Assembly: GCA_964016885.1 (NCBI GenBank)
Contig: OZ024756.1
Span: 496,001 to 560,000, forward strand
Direction: 5' to 3'
Length of the DNA: 64,000 nt
From: Eledone cirrhosa
Lineage: Eukaryota
In this document: positions 1 through 18,211 of the stretch, piece by piece
How the letters are laid out: every line of letters begins with the position of its first letter
Position numbering within the stretch: position 1 is the stretch's first letter
Position numbers and translations under genes: made by a program
Notes under the pieces: model-generated
What the model saw: only the letters and a program-made list of their open reading frames with translations
Database searches by the model: none
Told to the model about the DNA's origin: nothing

Positions 1-138
1 AAAAAAGCACCCAGCACTCACTGTAAATAAGGTTGGTGTTAGGAAGGGCATCCAGCTGTAGAAATCGAGCCAGAATTCAGTTCCCATCCCACCCTTGCAA
101 GCAGGGAAAAGCGGACATAAAATGATGATGATGATGAT
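1..138 (+). mobile_element. 3' tail of RTE-type LINE/SINE ending in (GAT)n
   Basis: Contains ggttggtgttaggaagggcatccagctgtagaaa, shared with the 3' UTRs of the RTE copies near 9000, 16370 and 57470; ends in gat repeats followed by TA. Confidence 0.8.
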
Positions 139-388
139 ATATATACACGCATACGTACATATATGTATGTATATTTTGTGTATTACATTTATAAGGTTCC
201 TAGCAATAATTATTAATTGATTATATGTATTTCTATTTAATCTTATATATTTGTTATCTACATACATATGTAATATATATATATACATATACATACATGT
301 AATATAAATGTTTGTGTGAGAGGGAGAGAGAGAGTGTGTATAATTCCACATCAGCTTTTCATGCTGGAACATTATTATGGCTGGCTGC

Positions 389-567
389 GAATTGGCAGTA
401 TCGATAGAGAGTCGGACGTGCTTTCTAGCATAGAGTTGCGTCCCTTTACAATCTGAGTTCAAATCCCACCGAGGTTAACTTTGCTTTTCATCTATACGGG
501 GGTCGATAAAATAAAGTACCAGTAATGTACTGGGGTAAATGCTGGCCTTGTGCCAAAAGTAGAAACA
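389..567 (+). mobile_element. tRNA-derived SINE (family 1) with 18-bp target-site duplication
   Basis: A-box-like tggcagtatcg, B-box gagttcaaatccc, central ggggtcgataaaataaagtaccag; flanked by direct repeat attattatggctggctgc at 371-388 and 568-585. Confidence 0.85.
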
Positions 568-632
568 ATTATTATGGCTGGCTGCTCCTAACTGCTCCAA
601 CCACTTTGCAGAGTGTACTTGGTGGCTCGAGA

Positions 633-822
633 AATAATAATAATTGTTTCTACTTTTGGCACAAGGCCAGCAATTAACCAGTGTATTACTGGTACTTTAT
701 TTTATCGACCCCGTAAGGATGAAAGGCAAAGTTAACCTCGGCGGGATTTGAACTCAAAATGGCAAGGGCCGTAACTCTATGCGTCAAAGCATGGCGTCCG
801 ACCATCTACCGATACTGCCAAT
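633..822 (-). mobile_element. tRNA-derived SINE (family 1), inverted relative to 389-567
   Basis: Reverse-complement homolog of 389-567. Confidence 0.85.
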
Positions 823-1229
823 ATAAATGTGTGTATTATATAAGAGACTTACACTAGACACATACTATATACGATATATAATATATGTACACAATGTGTG
901 TGTGCGCGCGCGTGCGTGCGTGTGTGTGTGTCAAAATTCCTTTTTTTTTTTTTGTTGTTCTTTTTAAAGTGAATGAAATTGTGGGAGGTAATAGAGTGAG
1001 GTGCTAACGGAAGGTTTTTGCTGCTCTTTTACTGAAGTAAACAACAATGTTGGCTGGCTGCTGGTGAGATTGTGAAGAAGAAGATAAACGAAAACACATT
1101 CTGCCTTTTAACACTTTCCTTCCTTCCTATTTGAATCATCAAACATGTCTTCCCTCCGCAACACCACCACCACTACGATCATACACCACCATCACCATAC
1201 ATTACACCATTTAACGATTGAGAATAAAC

Positions 1230-1905
1230 TAGATTGAGAGATAGATAGATAGATAAATAGATAGTTACACATAGATATATAAGGAAGATGGATAGATATA
1301 GGTAAATAGAGACATAGATAGATAGATAGATAGATATAGATAAATAGAGAGATGGATAGATAGAGACATAGATAGATATAGATAAGGGAAGTACCTAGTA
1401 GGAATTGTAATTAATTGTAACAGAAACGCAATAAGAGGGGGGACAGACAGATAGGTAGATATAAAGAGAGAGATGGGTAGGTAGATAGATAGGGAGAGAG
1501 AGAGAGAGGGGGGTAGATAAATAAATAGATAGGCAGAGATATGTAGACAGACAGATAGATAGAAAGAAAGCGAGAGAGAGAGGTAGATGGATAAAGAGAG
1601 AGAAAGATAGAGAGAGGGGGGGTTGATGGATGAATAGATAGAGAGGGGGTAGAGAGAGATAGATGGATAGAGAGGGGGGTAAAGAGAGGTAGATAGAGAG
1701 AGGTAGATGGATAGATAGACAGAAAGAGAGGGGGGTTGATGGATAGATAGAGAGGGGGGTGGCGAGAGGTAGATAGAGGTTGATGGATAGATAGAGAGGG
1801 GGGTAGAGAGAGGTAGATAGAGAGAGAGGTAGATAGAGAGGGGGGTAGAGAGAGGTAGATAGAGAGGAAGGTAGAGAAAGGTAGATGGATAGATAGAGAG
1901 AAAGG
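1230..1905. repeat. Purine-rich (GATA)n/(GA)n degenerate microsatellite
   Basis: Direct reading. Confidence 0.9.
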
Positions 1906-1983
1906 AAGTTACTCTCTCCAGACAAATTGATTTCTTCTGGCAGACAAAATGCGAGAAAACAATATTATGGCATTCATGTCTCC

Positions 1984-2062
1984 TTTTTCATCCTTACAGG
2001 GTCGATAAAATAAGGTACCAGTAATGTACTGGGTTATTGCCGCCTTGTGCCAAAAGTAGAAA
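1984..2062 (+). mobile_element. SINE family 1, 3' fragment
   Basis: tcatccttacagggtcgataaaataaggtaccagtaatgtactggg...gccttgtgccaaaagtagaaa. Confidence 0.75.
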
Positions 2063-2282
2063 AAAAGTATATATGTGTGTATATATATATATATGTATAT
2101 ATATATATGAATAAAGTTAGTCCTTCATCAGTGATCTTCCAACCATCATTGGTATTTCATCGCTTTAAAGACCATATACCTCCGGTTGGTGCGAGCTACG
2201 GCTAAAAAAAGTCGTTGGGGCACGTAATTAAAGGGGACACGAGTGTAAACAAACAAAAATGGTGAAGCAACGAAAAGTGAGA

Positions 2283-3000
<718 letters not shown>

Positions 3001-3053
3001 TAAACAAATAATGAATAAACAATAAGACAGTTCCTTATATTAAACAAAAAAAG

Positions 3054-3197
3054 TTCATTATTTAACGATCGTTTCTAGGATATATATGTGTTAGAATTGG
3101 CATGCATATTCAACAGATCTATGTACAAAATTATACAAACTATCAAGATTAAATATACATACCAACACATATATACGCCGTCTTCAGAAATAATGAA
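3054..3197 (-). ncRNA. Type I hammerhead ribozyme motif with extended stem II (inverted copy of 6054-6205)
   Basis: Minus strand reads ttcattattt-CTGAAGA-(~105 nt)-GAAACGATCGTT-aaataatgaa. Confidence 0.7.
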
Positions 3198-3199
3198 GT

Positions 3200-3524
3200 A
3201 ATGCGTGTATATATGTATATATATATGCCTTTTTATTTTTATTTGTATGTCTGAGTTAGGTGAGATTGTAGTGGTGTTTCTATGTATATACGCATATATG
3301 GATGCGTATGTATTTGTATATATGAGTATATGTAAGTGCATATGTATGTATGATTATATATCTAATTCTATGTATGAATATACATGTATATATATGTGTG
3401 TATGTAAGTTGTGTGTGAATGTATGTATATATCTATGTGTGTATATATATATGTATGTATATCGATGTATGTGTATGTATGTACATATATGTCTATGTAT
3501 GTGTGTATGTATGTGTGTGTTTAT

Positions 3525-3584
<60 letters not shown>

Positions 3585-3630
3585 GTATATATCTTTATTA
3601 TTTATTTTTATATATATGTGTATGTGTGTA

Positions 3631-3661
<31 letters not shown>

Positions 3662-3831
3662 CTTTATATATGTGTATGTGTATGTTCGTGTAGGTGTATG
3701 TGTGTGTATGACTTTATATGTATGTGTGTATGTGTGTATGCGTATATATTTCTATGTGTGTGTACATGTATGTATGTGTGTGTATGTGTATTGTGTGTGT
3801 ATGTGTATGTGTGTGTATGTGTATATGTATG

Positions 3832-3886
<55 letters not shown>

Positions 3887-4207
3887 ATATATATATATCT
3901 ATATGTTTTTCTATTTGTATATGTATGTGTGTATAGGTATATACCTTTCTCTTTGTATGTCTAAGTTGTGTGATAGTATAGTGGTGTTTGTATGTATATA
4001 CCGATATATAGATGCGTAAGTATTTGTCTGTATGTATGTATGTAAGTCTGTATATATTTATGTGTATATATAGCTATGTATGTGTATATCTGTATGTATA
4101 TTAGTATGTAAGTGTTGTATATGTGCATGTATGTGTGTGGTTATATATATGTGTGTCTATATAGTATGTGTGATTATATGTATATATATGTATATATGTA
4201 TGTGTAT
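3200..4207. repeat. (TA/TG)n low-complexity tract
   Basis: Direct reading. Confidence 0.85.
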
Positions 4208-5125
4208 ATCATCATCATCATCATCATCATCACCGTTTTACGTCCGTTCTTCCACGCTAGCATGGTTAGACGGGTTGTCCTGTTGTGGGCAGTGTCTGGT
4301 CGGCTGACCATGCCTTGCTCATACAGGAACTGATCTGGCTTGATTTCTACAGCTGGATGCCCTTCCTAACACCAACCTCATTTACAGTGAGTGCTGGGTG
4401 CTTTTTCGTGGCGCCTACACGTCCACTTTACAGTGTGGGCTGGGTGCTTTTTTGCCGTGGCACCTCCACGACCACCTTGCGGTGGGGGGGGGGCATATTG
4501 TTTATATGCTTCAGCATGTACCCATGGAGGTCGGGTACCCTGTATTACTGCGTGACGCCAGAAGTCACGGTCGTGTGTCATTGACTTTGAGAGGTGTAGT
4601 TGGGTAAGGTCGGCTTTTATCACCTCATCCCAAGTCATCTTGGGTCTCCCCACTCCGCGGTTTCCATCAACTTCTAGTGCTCTGCACCTTTTTATGCAGC
4701 TGTCATCCTTCATACGCATCACATGTCCATACCAGCGTAACCGCCTCTCCTGCACGCAGCATTTGATTCCTCTTATGCTCAGTCTCTCTCTCAATTCATT
4801 TATGCTTTGTCGTTCACGTATATTACTGTTACACATCCATCGGAGCATGCAGGCTTCGTTTCTCTCTAATCTACGTAAGTCTTCCACCTTCAGCGCCAGG
4901 TCTCACTACCATGCAACATCGCTGTTCGGATACACGCATCATACAGTCTGCCTTTCATTCTGAGGGAGAAGCCTTTTGCAGCTAGCAGTGGTAGTAGTTC
5001 CCTAAACTTCTTCCATCCCGTTCTTACCCTAGTTATTGTACTTTCTGAGCACCCACCTCCGTTGCTAATTCGGTCACCTAGGTAGCAGAAGCTGTCTACT
5101 GTTTCTACAGGGCCCTCCCAGAGAT
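4208..5125 (-). mobile_element. 5'-truncated, frameshifted RTE-clade LINE (family B)
   Basis: ORF 4378-4887 contains [13 protein letters not shown] and GRPKMTW; upstream FCYLGD-like motif; (GAT)n tail at 4208-4231. Confidence 0.9.
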
Positions 5126-5169
5126 TGGTGGTACTTGTTTCCTGTGGCTGTTTGCTTGCTGTTTCAGCA

Positions 5170-5227
<58 letters not shown>

Positions 5228-5389
5228 ATTTGTATGTATATGTGTATATGTATGTATGTGTGTATATGTATATGTTTATATATGTGTGTGTATGTATGTT
5301 CTTAGTGTGGATGTGTGTATATGTATGTATGTGTTTGTATATGTGTGTATATATATATATGTGTGTATATATATATATATATGTATGTG

Positions 5390-5420
<31 letters not shown>

Positions 5421-6053
5421 TTTCTTGATATATTTCTTTTTTCTTTTTTCTTTCTATTCTTTCCTCTTTAATGTTTATTTATTATTTATTATTTTTTATT
5501 TTCTTAGTTTATAGATACATCTATATTAGGCAGTCTGCTCAGACCGTTGAATACTGACCTCTCCCCCCCCCCTCCCACCTAATTTCTGTATCTTGATCTA
5601 AATGTGTGTGCCAGTGTTTATGTGAGTGAATTAATATCCATGTGCTTATGATTTTATATCCACATATATAAATGTGAGTGGGGGTGTGTGTGTGTTTGTA
5701 TGTTCGTGGTTATGTGTATATTTATGCATATACGCGCGTGTATGTGTGATTGTACGGATATGTGTGAGTATGAAAAAATATATTTATATACTTAATTTCA
5801 TATTTGTGTGTCAATACGCATCTTATCTGTGCATTATAAACTTACAGAGACATTAACCTTGAAATTTTGTATTTGCATCCATCCTTTTAGTATGCGTATA
5901 CAAATTATACATACATTTTTGTAAAATATGTGTAAGGGTTTTACATGTATATACACACACCGAACTGCATTTAACCCTTTGTGTTTTCATTGGTCAATTT
6001 TGTTCCCAAACGGACCTGAAATTTTGAATTGTTGTTATTATCAATAAATATAC

Positions 6054-6205
6054 TTCATTATTTCTGAAGACGGCGTATATATGTGTTGGTATGTATATTT
6101 AATCTTGATAGTTTGTATAATTTTGTATAATTTTGTACATAGATCTGTTGAATATGCATGCCAATTCTAACATATATATCCTAGAAACGATCGTTAAATA
6201 ATGAA
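6054..6205 (+). ncRNA. Type I hammerhead ribozyme motif with ~113-nt stem II
   Basis: 10-bp stem I ttcattattt/aaataatgaa; CTGAAGA 6064-6070; GAAA 6184-6187; palindromic stem III ACGATCGT; GUU triplet with predicted cut after 6195; 17-bp helix with 3 G.U pairs in stem II. Confidence 0.75.
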
Positions 6206-6398
6206 CTTTTTTTGTTTAATATAAGGAACTGTCTTATTGTTTATTCATTATTTGTTTAATATTTTATCTTGACTCAGTATACCGTTTATCTTTCACCGAA
6301 AGTGTTTTTTCATTACATCTCTTCTTTCCATGATATCCGGAATACATTGAGTTCTTCATACGGATTGGACACTACCGTAAACTCTTGGTAGATTTATC

Positions 6399-9160
<2,762 letters not shown>

Positions 9161-9169
9161 ATATATATG

Positions 9170-9351
<182 letters not shown>

Positions 9352-9386
9352 ATATATATGTATATATATATAGTATATATATATAC

Positions 9387-9447
<61 letters not shown>

Positions 9448-10256
9448 CAGGACCAGGAGGGGACCGATATCCCCGTGTCAAAATCGATACGAGACCTGGG
9501 CATAGACATGAGCGATGATGCATCTTTTTCTTCACACATCATGAAGGTGGCGACAGCATGTAGACGATTCGCTGGCTGGATCTTGAGGACTTTCCTTACA
9601 AGAGATCGAGACACCATGTTGACACTGTGGAGGACTTTTGTCCTAGGCCGCCTGGACTACTGCTCCCAGCTGTGGTCACCCCATAGTGTCAAACTAACCA
9701 CAGAGCTTGAGGCAATCCAGCGAAGCTGCACCAAGAGGATTGCCAAGATGAGGGAGACAAGCTACTGGGAGAGGCTGAAGGAACTGAACCTCTACTCCTT
9801 GGAGCGAAGACGGGAGATATACGCAGTGATCTACATGTGGAAAATCCTGGAGGGACTAGCACCAAACTTTGGCATTGGGAGCTGGACCAACCGTCGAACA
9901 GGACGTCACTGTGTGGTGCCAAAGGTCCCGTCTTCCACATCTAGAATAAGGAGCAGGTATTGCAATAGCCTGGGATTCAGGGGCCCTCAACTCTTCAACA
10001 GGCTGCCGAGGCATCTGCGAGACTTGCATGACGTGGAGGTGGATGTCTTTAAGAAACATCTCGACACCTTGTTATCCAGGATCCCGGATGAGCCCACAGC
10101 AAGACACGAGGGGAAACCTAAGGGCAGCAGCAACAAACTCCCTCCTACACCAGTGGCCAACCTATACAGGCTGGAGATAAAGTGTGTAGCAGCAAGGGCG
10201 GTGCCCCAGCATGGCCTCAGCCGGATGGCTGAAACAGGTAAAAGAGTAAAAGAGTA
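9448..10256 (+). mobile_element. 5'-truncated CR1-type LINE 3' end
   Basis: [34 protein letters not shown] motifs; likely frameshift near 10110; (GTAAAAGA)n-like tail; flanked by (TA)n. Confidence 0.9.
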
Positions 10257-11330
<1,074 letters not shown>

Positions 11331-11332
<2 letters not shown>

Positions 11333-11424
11333 CTTTAACTTTGAAATGTTTTGGCCAGTATTGGCCCAGGCCATGTCTAACTTAATAGCACCACCACGGC
11401 GAAGTCTTTCAATTCAGGATTGGG
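11331..11424 (-). mobile_element. 3'-terminal fragment of the CR1-type family at 18126-23100
   Basis: Near-identical to 18136-18223 (tttgaaatgttttggccagtattggcccaggccatgtctaac). Confidence 0.9.
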
Positions 11425-14335
11425 TATGACATTAAACTACATCCAGTGGCAAGGCTCCAGTTCGGGAGTTCAGGAGATGTGGGGAATGTGGAGTTACCCC
11501 TTAGTTGTCATGACTCCCAGGTCTGCCCTTGCCCGGGGTGGTAGTACCTGTTAGGGCTCCATTTATGGGTTAAATAACTACCTTATTCGAGTGGCGCCGG
11601 TAAGGTATTGTCAGCCATTGAAAAGAAATATGGAGAGTCGATCTAACAGCACTAGGGTTAGAGCCCCTAATTACACTGTCAATGAGCAGCCTGGTCGTTA
11701 TGACTCTGCTGGCTTAGAGCCACAGAGAGGGCCAGTGGATGATGGATCAGCTGTCTCTGAGACAAATATAAAGAATGCAGTTTTGTCCTGCAGAAGAGCC
11801 ATCAAAATGGGCACTTTGAATGTGAGGACTATTTGAACGCTGGAGAAGAGGGAGGAGTTGGGACATCTGTTCAAGGAGAGTGGTATACAGATACTTGCGA
11901 TCCAAGAACACAGGATTCTACACGATGAGCCCGTGAGGAGTGTGATGATCGGGAGGAAGAGCCAGCTCATCACTACATCGGCAGTGAAGAACACAACAAA
12001 TGCTGCAGTGGGAGGAGTGGGTTTTGTGTTCAGTGCAAAAAACCAATCTGTTGGTGAGGGAAATAATGCCTATCTCCCCGCGAGTGTTGAGGGTGACCTT
12101 CAATGGAAACCCAAGACTGACAGTCATCTCAGCCTATAGTCCAACCGAGGGGGACAGTGATGTGAATGCGGAGGAGTTCCATGAGGAGGTGTGTAGAGCT
12201 GTCAACATCACTCAGGCACACAATATCCTGCTTGTTTTGGGGGACTTCAATGCACATCTGAGTAAGGAGGGCAGTGAAGATCCTTGCTGGTACTTCCATA
12301 ACAACACCAACCGAAATGGAAGACTACTGAGAGACACCCTGCTGGAGGCGAACTTGATGGCGACCAACCTAGGGTTTAGGAAGAATCTGGGGAAGATGTG
12401 GACCTACATCTCAGATATGCACCTGTCCAAGTCCCAGATTGATTTCATTCTGGTGAGGAAAAAGTGGCGGAATAGTGTTCTGAACACGGAACCATACAGC
12501 TATTTCAGTACACTGGGTAGTGACCACCGGCTTGTTATGAGTGAGGTCCGCGTGAGCTTAAGAAAGAGCAAGGCTCAGCCCTGGAGAACAATCTATGACT
12601 GGGGAGCTTTCAAGGAAGATGATAAGCTACAGGAGGTTCACAGTGGAAGTGAGAAACAGGTTTAGTGCTCTGTGTGGAGAGTTAGAGGAGAGAGAGATTG
12701 GATGGACTGGGGAGAGTGTGACGAGGAGGTACGGGCACTTCACCAATGCAGTGGCGAAAGCAAGTGAAACCCTGGTGCCGAGGAAAAAGAACAAAGGGAA
12801 GCACGTCAGCTCTGCAAACCCAAAAGTGTGTGCAGCCAGAGAACACCTGAAAGCTGCCAGGGACCAATTCTATGCTGATCCTACGGAGGAGAGGATGGAG
12901 ACTGTGGAGGTGATGAGGGAAGAGCTCTGTACCGCTTACACTGAGGTCAGAGAGGAGGCACTGATAGAGAAGATCAGAAGTGTGGAGAGAGCGGTTGACA
13001 GATCTGGATGTAGGGAGAGCTGGATGATCATCAACGAGATCACAGGGAGGAAAAAAAGGTGTTCGAGTCAGATCCAGGGAACGGGGCCCGAGGATAGGAA
13101 GAGGAAATGGCTAGACCATTTTAGGACCCTACTAGGAGAGCCACTCTCCACAGCCCAGAGCACTGGGGAGATCAGGCGGCTGTTTGAGGAACTGGATGTT
13201 GAGACAGAGCCCTTCACCAGAGAGGAGCTTCAGAGAGCCAAGAAGAAGATCAAGGAGGGCAAGGCTCATGGAGAAGATGGAGTGGCATCAGAGGTGATGA
13301 AGAGGTGTGATTTTGATGATATCATCCTGGGGTTCTGTAACGGGGCACTGGAGAAAGGAGTTGCCCCGAATCAGTGGAGGATCAGTAACATCGTCCCAGT
13401 GCCAAAGAAGGGAGATCTCTCGAACACCAACAACTACCGGGGGATCTCACTGACGTCACTTGTGGCAAAGACCCTCAACAGGATGATTCTTAACAGGATC
13501 CAGCCTGAGATGGAGAAGAAGCTCAGGGACAACCAGAACGGCTTCAGAGAGGGTAGATCAACCACCAGTCACATCCTGATGCTGAGGAGGATATTAGAGG
13601 GAGCTAGAGCAAAGTGCCTTCCTGCGGTCATGGTTTTCATTGACTTTAGGAAGGCCTTTGATTCTGTAGACCGTTACTGCCTGATGAAGATCTTACAGGC
13701 TTATGGAATCCCCAAGAGGATAGTGGACCTGATATCACTGCTCTACACCAACACCAAAGCCCAAGTCATTACACCTGATGGGATGACAGAGTTCTTTGAG
13801 ATACTGGCTGGAGTGCTCCAGGGAGATACATTGGCTCCCTACCTTTTTGTCATCGTAGTGGACTATTGTATGCGCCTTGCACTGGAGAAACACCAGGACT
13901 CTGGCTTTATTGTAGCACCGGCTCAGAGCAGGAGAGTTGGGGCGAAAAAGGTATCGGATGCTGAATTTCCGACGACATAGTTTTGGTGACAAATACAGTG
14001 AAGGAGGCAGAGGATTTGATGCGGGAGGTTGAGACTGTGTCGATGAGTGTGGGGCTGAGAATGAATGAGACTAAAACAAAATATCTGGTAGAGAATGTTG
14101 AGAAGCCAGAGGGGATCACTAATGTAGGCGGGAAGCCGCTGGAATTGGTTGAGGACTTCCTGTATTTGGGAGCAAAGATTGGGAATACAGAGGATGATGC
14201 GGTTGAGAGGAAGAGCAAGGCCTGGGCGGCGTGCCACAGCTTGAGATCGGTGTGGAAGTCGGACCTTCGTAGAGACCTGAAAATCCGCCTCTTCATTGCT
14301 GTAGTGGAGTCTGTGCTGCTGTATGGGTCTGAGAC
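11425..14335 (+). mobile_element. Decayed RTE-like LINE (APE endonuclease + RT), cut off by the assembly gap
   Basis: GTLNVRT, IQEHR, VLGDFNAH, QIDFIL, SDHRL (APE); YRGISL, QNGFR, FIDFRKAFDSV, GVLQGD (RT); stop at 11834 and frameshifts near 12035, 12630 and 13970. Confidence 0.92.
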
Positions 14336-14535
14336 NNNNNNNNNNNNNNNNNNNNNNNNNNNNNNNNNNNNNNNNNNNNNNNNNNNNNNNNNNNNNNNNN
14401 NNNNNNNNNNNNNNNNNNNNNNNNNNNNNNNNNNNNNNNNNNNNNNNNNNNNNNNNNNNNNNNNNNNNNNNNNNNNNNNNNNNNNNNNNNNNNNNNNNNN
14501 NNNNNNNNNNNNNNNNNNNNNNNNNNNNNNNNNNN
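14336..14535. other. Assembly gap (200 N)
   Basis: Run of exactly 200 N. Confidence 1.
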
Positions 14536-16529
14536 GGCTGGGCCTTCGGAAATAGTTGCTGAGATGCTGAAGGCATCTGGCACGGTGGGACACACCATGG
14601 TCACCCGCATAGTTAACCAAGTCGTACAAACGGGGTTGTTCCGAAGGACTGGCATAGCAGCATCATCGTTAACTGTTATAAGGGTAAAGGAGACGCCCTA
14701 GATAGGAGTAACTATAGAGGCATTAAATTAATCGACCAGGTCATGAAGGTCACGGAAAGAGTAATAGCGCAGCTAATCAGAGAGAGAATTGACCTAGATG
14801 AAATGCAGTTCGGGTTTGTGTCAGGCAAAAGTACCACAGACGCTCTTTTCATAGTACGACAACTACAAGAGAAGTACCTAGCTAAAGGTAAACCCCTCTA
14901 CTTAGCTTTTGTCGACTTGGAGAAAGCCTTCGACAGAGTCCCCCGCTCCATTATCTGGTGGGCTCTTAGAAAACTAGGCGTTGACGAATGGCTTGTGAGG
15001 GCTATACAAGCCATGTATAAAGAAACAGTCAGCAAGGTTAGAATTAACAACGAATATAGTGAAGAGTTTAGCGTAAAAGTCGGCGTCCATCAGGGCTCTG
15101 TTCTCAGTCCACTACTATTTATTATTGCCCTTCAGGCCATAACAGAGGAGTTCAAGACAGGCTGCCCATGGGAACTCCTATACGCAGACGACCTGACACT
15201 CATAGCGGAATCAATGGCCGAGCTAGAGAAGAAATTCCAAACATGGAAGCACGGCCTAGAGTCAAAAGGACTTAAAATTAACCTGGCTAAGACCAAAGTA
15301 CTAGTTTGTAGGAAAGAAAACAAGGCGGCGGTCCCTTCTGGGAAATGGTCGTGCTCGGTGTGTAGGAAAGGCGTAGGTAGAAACTCCATTTTATGTCCTA
15401 AATGCAAAGTATGGGTGCATAAAAGATGTAGTGGGATCACAGGTAGGCTAACTAAGAACATAGATTTTACATGTGGCCGGTGCTCTGGTGCAATAAGTAG
15501 CAGCAAGTGCCCACAAACTACTAGCTCTTTCAATTGCGCAGAGGGTTCTATAGAAATAGTGGACAGCTTCCGTTACCTGGGCGATAAAATCAGCAGTGGG
15601 GGAGGGTGCTCTGAAAGTACTGTAGCTAGAGTCAGAACTGGTTGGAAAAAGTTCAGAGAGCTTATACCACTATTAGCTGCTAAAGGGTTCTCACTAAAAA
15701 TGAAAGGCAGGTTGTACGATGCCTGCATACGAACAGCAATGCTGCATGGCAGTGAGACCTGGGCATTGTGTGCAGAGGATATACGCAGACTAGAGAGGAA
15801 CGAAGCTTGCATGCTCCGCTGGATGTGTAACAGTAATATACGTGAACGGCAAAGCATAAACGAACTAAGGAATAAATTAGAGATAAGAGGGATCAGATGT
15901 TGTTTACTCGAGAGAAGGCTACGTTGGTATGGACACGTGATGCGCATGAAAGTCGATAGCTGTATAACAAAGTGCAGGGCAATAAAGATAGACGGTAGTC
16001 ACGGAATAGGCAGACCTAGAAAAACCTGGGACGAGCTGATAAACTCCGACATCACACACTTACACCTCTCCAAGACAATGTCACTGGACCGAGACCTTTG
16101 GCGGTACTCAGTAACAGAGAAGACCCGCCTTACCTAAATATATAGTAAAACCTACTCCAGCCAGTAGGCATCTCTAACAAATACACCCCGTCCCACCACC
16201 CCCACCCGATCCACACCACCCCGTTCTATGTAAAGTTATGTTGGTGCCGCGCCATCGAGGCCGAAACAAATGAGATCGTGTAGGTGTCACGACAAAAAAA
16301 CACACAGTCCACGCTGTAATGTGGCCGTGTAGGCAACACGGTAAAAACCTCCCAGACCCACACTGTAAATGTGGTTGGTGTTAGGAAGGGCATCCAACTG
16401 TAGAAAACCTGCCAGACAGTCCTATGCGAGCAAGACAATCACTCTTGCCTCAAGTGGGACTACCCCCGTCCAAACCCATGCAAGCGTGGAACACGGACGT
16501 TAAACGCTGATGATGATGATGATGATGAT
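14536..16529 (+). mobile_element. RTE-clade LINE (family A), RT region to 3' tail
   Basis: NYRGIKL, QFGF, FVDLEKAFD, GVHQGSVLSP, LLYADD motifs; 3' UTR and (GAT)n tail. Confidence 0.95.
14743..16137 (+). CDS. RTE reverse transcriptase (partial) with PHD-like C4HC3 insert
   Basis: 464-aa ORF with YADD; insert CSVC..CPKC..WVHKRC..CGRC. Confidence 0.85.
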   Translation: MKVTERVIAQLIRERIDLDEMQFGFVSGKSTTDALFIVRQLQEKYLAKGKPLYLAFVDLEKAFDRVPRSIIWWALRKLGVDEWLVRAIQAMYKETVSKVRINNEYSEEFSVKVGVHQGSVLSPLLFIIALQAITEEFKTGCPWELLYADDLTLIAESMAELEKKFQTWKHGLESKGLKINLAKTKVLVCRKENKAAVPSGKWSCSVCRKGVGRNSILCPKCKVWVHKRCSGITGRLTKNIDFTCGRCSGAISSSKCPQTTSSFNCAEGSIEIVDSFRYLGDKISSGGGCSESTVARVRTGWKKFRELIPLLAAKGFSLKMKGRLYDACIRTAMLHGSETWALCAEDIRRLERNEACMLRWMCNSNIRERQSINELRNKLEIRGIRCCLLERRLRWYGHVMRMKVDSCITKCRAIKIDGSHGIGRPRKTWDELINSDITHLHLSKTMSLDRDLWRYSVTEKTRLT

Positions 16530-18126
<1,597 letters not shown>

Positions 18127-18211
18127 ACTTTGAATAACTTTGAAATGTTTTGGCCAGTATTGGCCCAGGCCATGTCTAACTTAATAGCACCACCTGGCGA
18201 AGTCTTTCAAT

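Noticed and set aside
2109-2165. Minus-strand CTGATGA suggesting another hammerhead
   Set aside because: Runs into a TA tract before any GAAA or stem III; cannot be supported
11425-16529. One continuous LINE across the gap
   Set aside because: The two sides are different families with redundant RT regions, and the 200-N gap is a placeholder
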